Source of the DNA: Squalus acanthias
Lineage: Eukaryota
DNA length: 64,000 bases
Reading direction: 5' to 3'
Assembly (NCBI GenBank): GCA_030390025.1
Contig: CM059438.1
Span: 45,570,001-45,634,000 of the forward strand
A program made the translations under genes and the position numbers. Of this stretch, positions 1 to 12,338 are shown piece by piece. How positions within the stretch are numbered: the stretch's first letter is position 1; each line of letters begins with the position of its first letter. Under the pieces are notes generated by a model, which was not told the DNA's origin, made no database searches, and saw only the letters and a list, made by a program, of their open reading frames with translations.

Positions 1-360
1 CACAAGTAGTCACAAGGGTAGTCACTTGGGTGAAATGTCATGTTTAATGTTGAAAAGCCATCAGTTGGTTATTGTAAATAAAAAATTCTGATGGCAACTG
101 TTGCAGTTGTGGCGTCTGTCATATCGCTAATGGGACTTCCACACTGAGACAACAAAGTTCTGCCACCTGCAAATGATGATTGCTGAAAACTCCTTTTTAA
201 TGGTGGAGCTGCAGCTGTTAGTAAGCATTCCACTTGTGCTGCCGCCAGGTTTCACTGGCGTGTTCCAGAGGAGACGTGAACCACGTGGGAAAAGTGTAAA
301 AATCAGAAAGGCCTCTCAAAATGGGATTATAGAGGCACTTAACTGGTTGTTAAGGGCCTT
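1..360. mobile_element. Fragment of the same Harbinger-derived non-autonomous family as 595-1699
   Basis: 78-147 resembles 752-823 and 148-360 resembles 1312-1524; the sequence between those blocks is absent in this copy. Confidence 0.55.
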
Positions 361-594
361 CATTGGCTGCAAAGCGCTTTGGTACATCCTGAGGTCATGA
401 AAGGCGCTATATAAATGCGAATCTTTCTTTTTGTTCATCGGGACAACTGTAAACTAAGATTGAAGCTAAAATACCATGATTTAATTAGTAGCACTTTGTT
501 AAACACAACCTTGTGCTTCTCAGTTGAACTGGTATAAGGTGTGTGTCTTCTGGGTCAAACGTGCAGCTTCAGTAATATCTTTCAGGAAACACTG

Positions 595-1699
595 GGCTCG
601 ATTTTGCCAGGCCCGAGGAGGCGGGATTGGAGGCGTGTGAGGTTTTAAAATCGCGAAAAATGGCGGGCAGGCACGATCCCGCCTCCATCCCGCCTATGAG
701 CAATTTTCCCCATGCGAATTTTCTGACCCCGTCTCCATCCCGCTTGTTCTGATAAAAAATTCTGATGGCAAACTGTTGAAGTTGTGGCCTGTGTCATTTC
801 GCAAATGGGACTTCCACATTGAGGGCTTAGAGCGACTTGCAATTGTCAGTATGGTGGTCAGAGTGATAGGAATCCGTAGGTTCTTGTCCATTGTCGATGC
901 TCTGGTAAGAAGGTGCGAGGCAAAAGTGTTTGATTGTACAGGCTAAGCAAATGTGACCAAAATGATTGCGTCCCTTGCATCCCGGGCAGCAATGTTGTCG
1001 CGCTCTGGCGACTTCTGGCCTGTGCATCTTCAGGTGGGTGACTAGCAGCTTGGCGCTCCTGTTGATGCTCCTGCTGTTGGTGCTGCTGTTGTTCATGGTT
1101 CTGCTGCTGCTGCAGCTGGTCTTCATCCGAATCTGATGTCCAGGAGGAAAGGAATTAAATGGTCGCCATGCTTCTGGTATATGCCTCAGTTGAGGAAGCG
1201 CTTAGTCAAGGTGAGGAGAGGGGTTTCCCAGGAGGTCACACTGGAGATGGGTATCAGGCTCCAAACTTCCACAACACTGAGTATGCCTGCTAAAAGTCCC
1301 CCCAGACCTGAAACAACAAAGTTCTGCCACCTGCAAATGATCATTGGTGAAAACTCCTTTGTAATGGTGGAGCTGCAGCTGTTCATAAGCAATCCACTTG
1401 TGAGGCCGCCAGCATTACCTGGCGTGTTCCAGAGGAGGCATGAGGGATGGGGGGAATGACTAAAAATCAGAAAGGCTTCTCAAAATGGGATTATAGAGGC
1501 TATTAAGTGGTTGTTAAGGGCCTTAAGGGCCTATCCCGCCTCTTGGAGGCGGGATGGAAAGGGGATCAGAAAACACGCTTTTAAGGAAAATTGCTCGGAG
1601 GCGGGATGGAGGCGGGATCGAGCCCGCCCGCCATTTTTGGCGATTTTAACAACTCACAAGCCTCCAATCCCGCCTCCTCGGGCCTGGCAAAATCGAGCC
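595..1699. mobile_element. Non-autonomous PIF/Harbinger element with ~150-bp TIRs
   Basis: The first 40 bp (GGCTCGATTTTGCCAGGCCCGAGGAGGCGGGATTGGAGGC) are a perfect inverted repeat of 1660-1699 and similarity extends ~150 bp. The minus strand at 943-1170 keeps transposase-like termini (TSDSDEDQLQQQ... and NIAARDARDAIILVTFA*). Confidence 0.8.
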
Positions 1700-2574
1700 A
1701 GTCATCTCCGACAGTGCAGTACTGCACTGAAGGGTCAGCCTAGATTATGTGCTGAAGCCTCTAGGGTGGAACCTTCTGAATCAGAGGCAAGAGTGCCACT
1801 GCTGAGACACTGATCTATAATCGCACCAATTTAAAAGAAAGAGTATTAATAAACACTTATTGAAATGTCATTTTAAATACTATTAGGAAGAAATATTGTT
1901 TTTGAGGGAATGATTAAGCGAATACAAATTGGCATTATATACCTTCATGTTTTATAGATTCCAATACAGACCTTTAAAAGGCTCCCAATACTGAACTGTA
2001 ATGGAAAAATTAACTACCTGGAAAAATGCTAGACAGCGTCAATGATTGGTGTAGAAATCAAAGCAATAACGATCCAACTCTTTCCAAGCCAAGATATACG
2101 GGGGAATTTCAGCCCCCAAGAACAGGTGGGTTGGAAGCGGGCAGGGGATAACAATTATTGATTTTTAGAGCGGGAGCGCAACCCGGCTCCAATGCACCCG
2201 CATCCGAGTTTAACGGAGGCGCATTTGGATGCCGGCGAGAAACCTACTCGTCGAAGTCGGGGATTTCCTAATTGAATGCAGGCAGGTACTTGTTGGTGCA
2301 ATTAATGTCCTTAGGAGACGTTAATGAGCTATTTTTAAATTATTTTTAACTTGGCTCCAAATTTAACTTGAGCAGCTCGGGAAACTGACCAGGGAAATGG
2401 AGGCGAGTTTGAGCAGCAGTTCAGGTGGGTATTTAAACTGCTCATTGTCCCATCTGAATAAAAGCTCACTTATTGCAGCTGCTGTCTCAGTTCCCTCTGG
2501 CAAATGTCTGGCAGGGCGTGCTTGTGTGGATACAGCTTTTTTCAACCTTTGAGGATTTCAAATTGACAAGATCT

Positions 2575-3615
2575 CTGGGAGGGTCTTTGGACGTGTTTGA
2601 CAGCACATCAGAAGAGGAAGACCATCACCATCCATGGCAGCGACGACGTGCTGTGATAGGATCAGCATGTGCACAGGAGAGAGGTCCACAGGAGAGAGGT
2701 CCACCGCAGAGAGGTCCACAGGAGAGAGGTCCACAGGAGAGAGGTCCACAGGAGAGAGGTCCACAGGAGAGTGGTCCACAGGAGAGTGGTCCACAGCAGA
2801 GAGGTCCACAGCAGAAAGGTCCACAGGAGAGAGGTCCACAGGAGAGAGGTCCACTGGAGAGAGGTCCACAGGATAGAGGGCCACAGGAGAGAGGAACACA
2901 GGAGAGTGGTCCACAGGAGAGAGGTCCACAGGAGCGAGGTCCACAGGAGAGAGGTCCACAGGAGAGAGGTCCACAGGAGGGAGGTCCACAGGAGAGAGGT
3001 CCACAGGAGAGTGGTCCACAGGAGAGAGGTCCACAGGAGCGAGGTCCACAGGAGAGAGGTCCACAGGAGAGAGGTCCACAGGAGAGAGGTCCACAGGAGA
3101 GAGGTCCACAGGAGAGAGGTCCACAGGAGAGAGGTCCACAGGAGAGAGGTCCACTGGAGAGAGGTCCACAGGATAGAGGGCCACAGGAGAGAGGAACACA
3201 GGAGAGAGGTCCACAGGAGAGAGGTCCACAGGAGCGAGGTCCACAGGAGAGTGGTCCACAGGAGAGAGGTCCACAGGAGCGAGGTCCACAGGAGAGTGGT
3301 CCACAGGAGAGAGGTCCACAGGAGAGTGGTCCACAGGAGAGAGGTCCACAGGAGAGAGGTCCACAGGAGAGAGGTCCACAGGAGAGAGGTCCACAGGAGA
3401 GAGGTCCACAGGAGAGAGGTCCACAGGAGAGAGGTCCACAGGAGCGAGGTCCACAGGAGGCAGGTGGAGGAGGACGAAGGGGCTCATCGCTCATTTTCAG
3501 ATGAGGAGAACATAGAGGAGGAGGAGCAGGAGGATGAAGATGGGGCAACCATTGCCAGACCAGCCACTTACATTGCTGCCCGCGCGATGCTCTAATATCG
3601 CGAAGGTTCACCTAG
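2575..3615 (+). pseudogene. Harbinger transposase remnant lacking the DDE core and containing a minisatellite
   Basis: N-terminal [24 protein letters not shown], then the repeat, then an acidic tail [13 protein letters not shown]...YIAAR / DALISRRFT* that parallels the EEEE...ARAVRQRLIASRF* end of the transposase at 38488. Confidence 0.65.
2671..3459 (+). repeat. 15-bp minisatellite (CAGGAGAGAGGTCCA)n, ~52 copies
   Basis: Directly visible; diagnostic variants at 2851-2900 recur at 3151-3200. Confidence 0.97.
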
Positions 3616-3896
3616 TGTGAAACATAACAAATGAAATCCTGCAGTCCGCTCCCACCACCAGGATCACCCCCCATCTCCTTTTGCACTAAACAGTCCAACA
3701 GTCAATCATCCATCCATTGCACATCCCCCCAATGGATCCCATCATGTATTGACATTCATCATGAAACAAGTAAAAGGGCGAGTTGGCCCTTGGGATGTAA
3801 TAATGGGCAAGATGTGGAAGTGGTGCAAATCATTAAATTTTACGTGGCATTATAAAAAAGAAGGAAACTTAACAACATAACATACCCTTGGTGAAT

Positions 3897-5680
3897 TAAA
3901 ATTTCTTTAACTTACGCTTCCTACCACTTCTACATGGTGCATCCCATGTGGCTTGAGCAGAGGTAGCGGCAGGCTACTCAGATCCCTGCCCTGAAAGTTG
4001 AGCTGCTTTTACCCTACGCCCTCTGGATTTTGGAGCCCCTGAGGGCCCTGCCAAAGACTGCTCCAACTGTACCTGTGATGGGACAGACTCGGCCATTGGG
4101 AGACAAGGCAGCATGTCAGGTCTTGTCTGGGGGTGGTGGGGGGCGGGGGGGGGCGGGGGAAGAGGTGTGAAGTGGGAACGCTTTGAGTGGAGTCCCCACT
4201 TCCATGTCCCCTTTCATCATCATCCCTATCCTGGGCCAGCACCACATCACGCCTACCACTCTGCTGCAGACCAGATTAGTGAAGATCGGTGACGCATCAA
4301 GGATAAGGTATCTGTCGTCCTGTTTAAGGCAGCAGACAAGTTGGCATCCAAAGTTGGTCATGGCCTGCATGGATGCATTTGAGAGCCTTGCTTGAAGCTC
4401 CATGAAGGTGGCCATTCTCTCCATGGCAGATATTCTCACAATTCCCTGCGCCACCAATCCATTAGCGATCGAGTTGGACTCCTCCATCCTCTCCGCTATT
4501 GTGGAGAGTGTGCGTGGCACGTCTATCAATACCTGGCTAAGTGGCTGATGCACCTCTAGCATTCTCCTTCTCAACGATAGCCCCCAGGGTTCAGCATCTG
4601 TGTCCAGCCGCACAGAGCTTGGCGAGGATTGCGCCCCCTGACGCAGACTCTCCACACTGTCCCTGCCACCAGTGTCTGCTCATGCTCAGTTGTGAGGTGT
4701 GAATCACCAGGTGAAAACCCAACTAACTCTCTAAGTGGACCCACCGAAGTGCGAGTATTTGCGCTGGTGCATGGCTGTGCATCCTGTGACGGTGCACCCT
4801 CAGAAGGAATGCAGTCCTCTGAGGAATCGTCCTCATGGATGTCCTGCGACACTTGCTGTATGTGTAAAGGCCCTGGAAGACAAAAGAAAGGGATATGATT
4901 TAGTCATGGCAAAGTCACAATCTTGACAATCACCATACTCAGTCTTCTCATAGTTCAGTCATTGATGAAATGAAGTCAGCATGTTTGTCAGAGATATCTG
5001 CGAGCTCCCTGTCTCTCCATCTCTGAGTGAGAGGGACACAGATGTGTCACTTATTTCCAGGGTGTCTTCCTCTGTGAGCTGGACTATTTGTGATGGCCCA
5101 CCTCCAGTCCTCTCCCTTGCGTTTTGCGCTTTCTTCTCCTACAATCGATGAACAAACAGACCTGTGAGTGAGTGAAGGTCAGGTATTCACCCGATGGATG
5201 CAGCGTATTTGGTGAGGATGACTATGAGACACGTGCATCACATTGCATAAGGAACGGGGTGAGTGTCAGTGGTGGGATGGATAAATGGGGAGGTGATGAA
5301 GTGCATAGAAAGTGAAGGGTAGGCGCTGCTGAAAGTTGAGCGGGTGTGAGGAGTGGTGTGACGGAGAACGCTTAGCAAGACAGAGTGAAAGTGAGGGGTG
5401 GGCACTTAAAGCACAGGATGTAGGTGAATTAGCAAATGTACTCACTTTACTTGACCTGGTTAGGTCATTAAACTGCTTCCTACATTGCATCCAAGACCTG
5501 GGCACAGCGTTCCTGCTGCTCACCTCCTCAGCTACCTCCAAGCACGCCTTCTTGGTGAGAGCAGCCGGTTTCTTCCTCCCATTGCTGAGGACATGTATGT
5601 CTCTCCTGCTCCTGACTGCAGCCAGCAGTAATTCCAGCGAGGCTTCATTAAATCTGGGTGCTGCCCTTGCTCTATGTCCA
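3897..5680 (-). pseudogene. Harbinger Myb/SANT-like DNA-binding protein gene, 3 exons, frameshifted
   Basis: Exon 1 RAAPRFNEASLELLLAAV...WMQCRKQFNDLTRSSK followed by a GTGAGT donor (5440-5445); exon 2 from 5138 EKKAQNARERTGGGP; exon 3 from 4872 after TTCCAG; C-terminus AGPSGAPKSRGRR...RSGRKRKLKKF. Confidence 0.8.
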
Positions 5681-6219
5681 CCAAGCACCCTGAACACCTC
5701 CAATTTCCATTTGTGGACTGTCCCTTTAAACACAGCTGAGGTTGTGTCATGGAATTGCGTAATCGCGCCCGCTGCGCAGCTTGGAGAACACGGAACCCGG
5801 AAGTCAAAATGAATTGGTTCAATTGAGTTGAGATCGCAAATTCCGACCTGCTGCGTTGACCTCCGGGTTTCCCCCAACGCAATTTCACTCCCCAATCATG
5901 GAAGCTGCCTTCAGATTAATATCGGGGCCACGATGTCAGGTTCCTTCATTGGTGGGGAGCCGATCTGGAGCCAGGACATACAGTACGTACAACACAGCAG
6001 GCCACGGCATCTGGCTTGTCAATGTGTGAACTGTGACACGTTAACGATCGGCTCACCCATCACGACCCAGCACCACATGAGCCCACAGAGCAACACACAT
6101 CTTCTCACCAAATACTCGCACAGTATTTATATATCGCTGCTTCAACTAACAAGCCATTCGATGTCAAACTTTGCAAAGCAGTGCTTTGCGTGGAAAGAGT
6201 TGTGTATTGCTGAAATAAA

Positions 6220-7903
6220 GGGCTGGGTTTTTACTCGGAGGTCGGGGGGGTGGGAGCGGGGGTGCTGGATTGAGTTCGGGAAGCCCGGGAGAATGGGTTT
6301 CCCTCAGGCCCTGCCAAATTTAACGGCAGGACCTGATTAACATTTTTTCTCCGTTTCCTGGCCGCAGCCAGCCAGATTGAGAGATTGGCTGGCTGTCGGG
6401 CGGGTAGGCCTTTGGCACCGGGCCGCAGCCGGGGATCGATGAGGTGGGATGGAGGGATCGGAAGCCAAGGGTGCAGGGGCACAGAGATCGGAGGCCGGGG
6501 TGGGTGGAGGTGGGGGGGTGTCACAGATCGGAGGCCTGAGGGATCGGAGGCCGGAGGTGGGGTTTGGAGGTCGGGGGGGGGGTCAAAAATCGGGGGTCTG
6601 AGGGATTGGAGGCCAGGGGATCGTGGGAAATCAGAGGCCTCGGGGGTGAAATCAGAGGCCTCGGGGGTGAGATCGGAGGCCTCGGGGGTGAGGTCAGAGG
6701 CCTCGGGGGGTGAGGTTAGAGGCCTCGGGGGTGAGGTCAGAGGCCTCGGGGGTGAGATCGGAGGCCTCGGGGGTGAGGTCGGAGGCCTCGGGGGTGAGGT
6801 CGGAGGCCTCGGGGGTGAGGTTCGAGGCCTCGGGGGTGAGATCGGAGGCCTCGGGGGTGAGGTCAGAGGCCTCGGGGGTGAGATCGGAGGCCTCGGGGGT
6901 GAGGTCAGAGGCCTCGGGGGGTGAGGTTAGAGGCCTCGGGGGTGAGGTCAGAGGCCTCGGGGGTGAGGTCGGAGGCCTCGGGGGTGAGGTCGGAGGCCTC
7001 AGGGGTGAGGTCAGAGGCCTCGGGGGTGAGATCGGAGGCCTCGGGGGTGAGGTCAGAGGCCTCGGGGGTGAGATCGGAGGCCTCGGGGGTGAGGTCAGAG
7101 GCCTTGGGGGTGAGGTCGGAGGCCTCGGGGGTGAGGTCGGAGGCCTCGGGGGTGAGGTTAGAGGCCTCGGGGGTGAGATCGGAGGCCTCGGGGGTGAGGT
7201 CAGAGGCCTCGGGGGTGAGGTCAGAGGCCTCGGGGGGTGAGGTTAGAGGCCTCGGGGGTGAGGTCAGAGGCCTCGGGGGAGAGGTCAGAGGCCTCGGGGG
7301 TGAGGTCAGAGGCCTCGGGGGTGAGGTCAGAGTCCTCGGGGGGTGAGGTTAGAGGCCTCGGGGGTGAGGTCAGAGGCCTCGGCGGTGAGGTCGGAGGCCT
7401 CGGGGGTGAGATCGGAGGCCTCGGGGGTGAGGTCAGAGGCCTCGGGGGTGAGGTTAGAGGCCTCGGGGGTGAGATCGGAGGCCTCGGGGGTGAGATCGGA
7501 GGCCTCATGGGGAAGATTAGGGGAAGATTGGAAGGGTGGGGGGGGGGGCGGGGTGGGTGGTGTCCGATCGCGGAGGGTGGGTGAAGCAGGTACGCTGGAT
7601 CCAGCAGGTAAGTGGAAATGCATTTACCTCCTGGACCCAGCAGTCCTCACCTCCCTTTAGCCACTGGGTTTCCCGGGGCCAGGAAAACTCGGCCGGCCAG
7701 AGTTAAATTTGAAATGGTGGATCAATATGAGGCGCGCAAACTCATTATAATATTTAAATTGCCAACCCGCCCCCTGTACCGCCTCCGTCAAAACCGGAAG
7801 TGGGCAGGCTGGAGGCAGATTAGGGTGGGGATTCGGGTTTTTAAACAATTTAACCTCCCACCCGACCCAAACCCACCCATTTTTTTGGGTTAAAATTCCC
7901 CCC
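6220..7903. mobile_element. Harbinger-type MITE carrying a G-rich minisatellite
   Basis: Ends GGGCTGGGTTTT and AAAATTCCCCCC with AAA/AAA flanks; the reverse complement of the right ~130 bp resembles the left end of the 2101 element. Confidence 0.7.
6627..7506 (+). repeat. 21-bp minisatellite (GAGGTCAGAGGCCTCGGGGGT)n, ~41 copies
   Basis: Directly visible, with occasional 22-bp variants that have a G6 run. Confidence 0.97.
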
Positions 7904-7917
7904 AAAGTAGCTGCAAC

Positions 7918-8402
7918 AATGACCAGGTTGATTCCGGAGATGAAGGGGTTGTCTTATGAAGAAAGGTTGAGCAGGTTGGGCCTATTCTCATTGGAGTTTA
8001 GAAGAATGAGAGGGGATCTTATTGAAACATATAAGATTCTGAAGGGGCTTGACAGGGCAGATGCAGAGAGGGTGTTTCCCCTCTTGGGGGAATCTAGAAC
8101 TAGGGGGCATAATTTCAGAATAAGGGGGCACCCTTTTAAATCGGAAATGAGGAGGAATTTCTTCTCTCAGGGGGTCGTGAATCTTTGGAATTCTCTTTCC
8201 CAGAGAGCTGTGGAGGCTGGGTCATTGAATATAGACAGATTTTTGAATAGTAAGGGAGTCAAGGGTTATGGGCGGGCAGGGAAGTGGAATTGAGGCAACG
8301 ATCGGATCAGCCATGATCTTATTGAATGGCGGAGCAGGCTCGAGGGGCCGAATGGCCTACTTCTGCTCCTATGTCTTATGTTTTATGTTTTTATGTTCTT
8401 AT
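7918..8402 (+). mobile_element. CR1 LINE 3' fragment
   Basis: ORF2 C-terminus TRLIPEMKGLSYEERLSRLGLFSLEFRRMRGDLIETYKI, 3' UTR and a (TTCTTATG)-like tail. Confidence 0.9.
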
Positions 8403-8696
8403 GACCAGGAATTGAAATCCACAACTAAGGAGATAAGAGGCTTCCATTTTTTCATGTTGTCATTGAAATGTTTAGGATGATCATAGATGACATTTGACAG
8501 TTGCATTTTCATTGCACATTAATATTTCAGCAGAAGTCCAATGCGATTATTTCACTGACACATATTCCTGTCACTTTGATTTGGTAACTCTTACACTGTC
8601 TGCAGGACCTGGCAAATTCCAGTATTTCTAGCCTCGCTGTTACTTGCAGTTTTTAGCTCCAAACCATTCTGGTAATAAAACTACTTTTACATCTCA

Positions 8697-8944
8697 AGGG
8701 ATCCCAAGGCACTATTCGATGAAGAGCAGGGGCGTTCTCCCCGGTGTTCTGGCCAATATTTATCCCTCATCCAACATCACTAAAAAAATTATCTGGTCAT
8801 TATGTCATTGCTGTTTGCGGGAGCTTGCTGTGCGCAAATTGGCTGCTGCGTCTCCTACAGTGACTACACTTTAAAAAGCACTTCATTGGCTGTAAAGCGC
8901 TTTAGGACATCTTGAGGTTGTGAAAGGTGCTATATAAATGCAAG
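8697..8944 (+). mobile_element. DeuSINE (SacSINE1-like) 3' part; its tail is split by the MITE
   Basis: Matches the full copy at 29608; the tail resumes at 9664 (AAGTTCTTTCTTT). Confidence 0.8.
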
Positions 8945-9663
8945 GGGGGCTAAATTCAGTTGATTTGCGCCTCCTGTTAGCGCCCTAAGAGGGCGCTAAC
9001 GGGGCGCAAATCAATTCGCGTCTGGGCGCGGCACCGCTAACATCTCCCGCGAGATTCAGCGGGAGGTTAGCGGCGGTCTTAACTGTTAGCACCACGCGGC
9101 GCTGCGCCGCGGGCGATGACGTCATCGCCGTGCGCAGCGCCCCGCTCGCGCCCCGGCTGTAATATTGGGTGGTGCCCCCCAACTTACTGCCGGACGCTAT
9201 GTCCGCCGATGTCACGGGGGCCTACCTGCGGCCGGGACGGCGCTAGTTAAAGGGGAGGTGGTGGGCGGCCATTTTTGTCGCTGGCCACCTGCCAGCACCT
9301 ACCCCCGTTGCTGTCCCCGGCCCCTGTGAAGCCCCCCGCGGGGTACTGGCTACTCTCCATGAGCCCGGCACTCCTCTTGAGTGCCGGGCTCGTTTGCCGG
9401 CACTCCCGATCCCTGGTGGCCCAGCTGGGCACCGGGACGCACTGCGCCAGGCCCCTCCCCTTTAATAAGGGGAGGAAGGCCCGCAGTACCGCGGCACATA
9501 ACGCTGCGATATTGGCTCGCAGCGTCCCAAGAGGGACACGGGGCGCTTCCAATAGCGCCCCTCCTCCCTCTCGGGGCGCTACTTGGGAAAATCGGCCGCG
9601 GGCCGCTAACTTTTTTGGGAGCGCCCCGGCGAAGGTAGCGCAGCGCTACCCAATTTTTACCCC
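8945..9663. mobile_element. Harbinger MITE (TTAGCGC-rich family)
   Basis: Ends GGGGGCTAAATT and AATTTTTACCCC; exact 3-bp AAG TSD inside a SINE tail; homologous to 25434-26155. Confidence 0.85.
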
Positions 9664-10039
9664 AAGTTCTTTCTTTAAAATATCTGGAATACCTTGATTA
9701 TTGTGTTATTAACCCTAAAATAACTAAAGTAAACATTTAAATGACAATCGCATTATAATGACAACTTCGTGTTTAACAACTTCATGTTTCTCCCATTCTT
9801 TTTTCTAACCAATTCTCTGGCTCTGTTTTTCTAGCAATAATGTAGTCTAACTTTTCGATGCTTCTATTTTTTTCTGAAAAAAGGTAGGTTTTAAGCACTT
9901 TTCTTATCCTGTTTTCCATGCCTCTCAGATCCTTCCATTTCGGACATGACAGCAACTTTGGAAAAACCACCATCAGACTTGGCAGAAGACCAGCTTAAAA
10001 TGGCATTTTCTTTTTGAGCCAGTCGAGGGCTTGAGGTCT

Positions 10040-10579
10040 CCTTATCTGAGGAAGGACCTACTTGCCTTGGAGGCGGTGCAACAAAGGTTCACTAGATTGA
10101 TTCCTGGGATGAGAGGGCTGTCCTATGAGGAGAGATTGAGTAGAATGGGCCTATACTATCTGGAGTTTAGAAGAATGAGAGGTGATCTCATTGAAACATA
10201 CAAAATTCTGAGGGGGATTGACAGGGTAGATGCTGAGAGGTTGTTTCCCCTGGCTGGAGAGTCTAGAACTAGGGGGCACAATCTCAGGATAAGGGGTAGA
10301 CCATTTAAGACTGAGATGAAGAGGAATTTCTTCACTCAGAGGGTGGTGAATCTTTGGAATTCTCTGCCCCAGAGGGCTGTGGATGCTCAGTCGTTGAGTA
10401 TATTCAAGGCTGAGATAGATAGATTTTTGGACTCTCGGGGAATCAAGGGATATGGGGATCGGGCGGGAAAGTGGAGTTGAGCTCGAAGAACGGCCATGAT
10501 CTTATTGAATGGCGGAGCAGGCTCGAGGGGCCGTATGGCCGGATCCTGCTCCTATTTCTTATGTTCTTCTGTTCTTATG
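10040..10579 (+). mobile_element. CR1 LINE 3' fragment
   Basis: ORF 10031-10480 is the CR1 ORF2 C-terminus (SPYLRKD...GKWS*), followed by the tail. Confidence 0.9.
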
Positions 10580-11405
10580 AACTGCACAGAGTGGCCGGGT
10601 CAGATCTGAAAGCATCAACCCATTACCGCAAGACAGGTTATCATACGGGCAGCCCTGATAAGACAGGAAGTCAGTACAGGCGGCAGTTGTGCATGGGCTT
10701 GTGTAAATTGCAAAGGAAATGTGCACAATTGCACAACTTGTGCCTGACTCTCCGTTTGCACAGACATGTCACACCTCCAGAGCTTGGTGCTGAACTGAGA
10801 TAACGAATCCATGGCACTGGAACAGTTAAGTGCATATTGCCATGAAACATAGGCATTTTCTTACTCCATGGCCTCACTCCTCCCTATCTCTGTAACCCCC
10901 TGCAGCCCTACAACCCTCGGATATGGGGGATCGGGCGGGAAAGTGGCGCTGAGGGGAAAGATCAGCCATTATCTTATTGAATGGCGGAGCAGGCTCGAGG
11001 GGCTGTTTGGCCTACTCCTGCTCCTATTTCTTATGTTCTAATATAAATGCAAGTTCTTGTTGACTAACACCAGATTTTGTTTTATGAAGATATATGCATC
11101 TAATTAACTGCTGCAACAGTTTATTGCATGGCTCCCTCATTTACAAACCAATTAAAATCAAAAAAAGCCCTTATGGAAAAGAAACTCATTATTTTTGATC
11201 TGATTCAAGGGTTGGAGGACACTTGATATTTCCCACCAATCCCTGTATATCCAGCATCGGCGTTATCCTGTGCCATAATATTTCATAAGATGTTGCATCT
11301 GATTGAAAAAGGAAAAATAAAAATGGGGTCACGCCAGAGATCAGCAGAGTTAGCAGATGAGCAATGGATTTCAAACCCAATTGTTGGTGATTTTGACTGG
11401 CATTT

Positions 11406-11755
11406 AGGGTTGGCCTGGAGTCTCCAGGAATTGACGATTAATCTCTCAGACACTGCTGCGCGTAAAATCGGGAGAAAAATCATAGGGGCGGTAAAAAAAA
11501 ATTGTACTTTTTTCATTTTCTTTGAACACTTTAATTTATTAATTTTATAAAGTACTGGATGGGAGATGGGAGGAAAGGCTGTTTGACTGGCATTGAAGAA
11601 TCACCCAGTTGCAGTAACAAAGAGTTTGTTTGCTTTCCAGTTGTCGATGGAAGGCGGGAAACCGATGGTGAGAGCGTGAGGGCGGGGTGGTTAGAGGCAG
11701 GAGGTCGAGTGATGAAACCTCCAGGAACACGTCCGCCCAGAGTTGGGGACCTGAC
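11406..11755 (+). mobile_element. Probable hAT-type MITE (TAGGGTTG-like ends)
   Basis: Homologous, in opposite orientation, to 14410-14790. Confidence 0.5.
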
Positions 11756-11806
11756 TGGCGGTCAACGTCCCTTTCTTCAACCAAACAAGTTACAACAGTA
11801 ATACGA

Positions 11807-12338
11807 TAGCAAAATACTGCGGATGCTGGAAATCCGAAATAACAACAGAAAACGCTGGAAAAACTCAGCAGGCCAGGCAGCACCCGTGGAGAGAGAAACA
11901 GAGTTAACGTTTCAGGTCGAAGACCTTTCGTCAGAACTGGAAAAAAGCAGGAAATTAAATAGATTTAAAGCAAGGATAAAGCTGGGAAAAGGGGGAGGGG
12001 ATGAAAGAACAAAAGGAGAGATTAAGAGACATTGAGAGACATTAAGAGATGATCAAGGCAAGAGGAGGTGTTAATGTGACAGGTTGAGGCTAAAAGAAGT
12101 GTGAAATGCACTGGCAGAATGAAGGACAGCTCCCAGCTTCTGGGAGGGGAAAAAAAAGAGGGGGGGCCAAACAAAAGGGTGGATGAAAAAATAAAATATA
12201 AATGTGATAGGGGCTGAGGTTATAATCTAAAATTGTTGAACTCGATATTGAGTCCAGAGGGCTGTAGGGTGCCTAAACGAAAGATGAGGTGCTGTTCCTC
12301 GAGCTTACGCTGAGCTTCCGTGGAACAGTGTAATAGGC
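11807..12338 (-). mobile_element. Penelope-like element 3' fragment (family B): GIY-YIG end plus terminal repeat
   Basis: Minus strand encodes AQRKLEEQHLIFRLGTLQPSGLNIEFNNF, as at 55030-55120, and shares the 3' terminus. Confidence 0.85.
11902..11938 (-). ncRNA. Minimal type I hammerhead ribozyme
   Basis: AGUU-CUGACGA-A-AGGUC uuc GACCU-GAAA-CG-UU/AACU: intact core, helix I AGUU/AACU, palindromic AACGUU helix III. Confidence 0.8.

Larger units (their letters stand above)
2101..5929. mobile_element. PIF/Harbinger DNA transposon (defective) with convergent transposase remnant and Myb/SANT gene
   Basis: Ends GGGGAATTTC and AATATCGGGGCC, flanked by ACG/ACG; Myb/SANT-like exons on the minus strand; transposase N- and C-terminal remnants on the plus strand. 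Confidence 0.8.

Noticed and set aside
2473-3611. Long repeat-protein ORFs ((QERGP)n, (VDLSP)n, (CGPLS)n, (REVHR)n) as host genes
   Set aside because: They are open in many frames only because a 15-bp stop-free unit is repeated inside a transposon; no credible start or splice context
2671-7506. CRISPR-like arrays
   Set aside because: Contiguous tandem units without unique spacers, no cas genes, eukaryotic context
6385-7660. Gly-rich or (EASGVRS)n ORFs
   Set aside because: Artefacts of the 21-bp minisatellite
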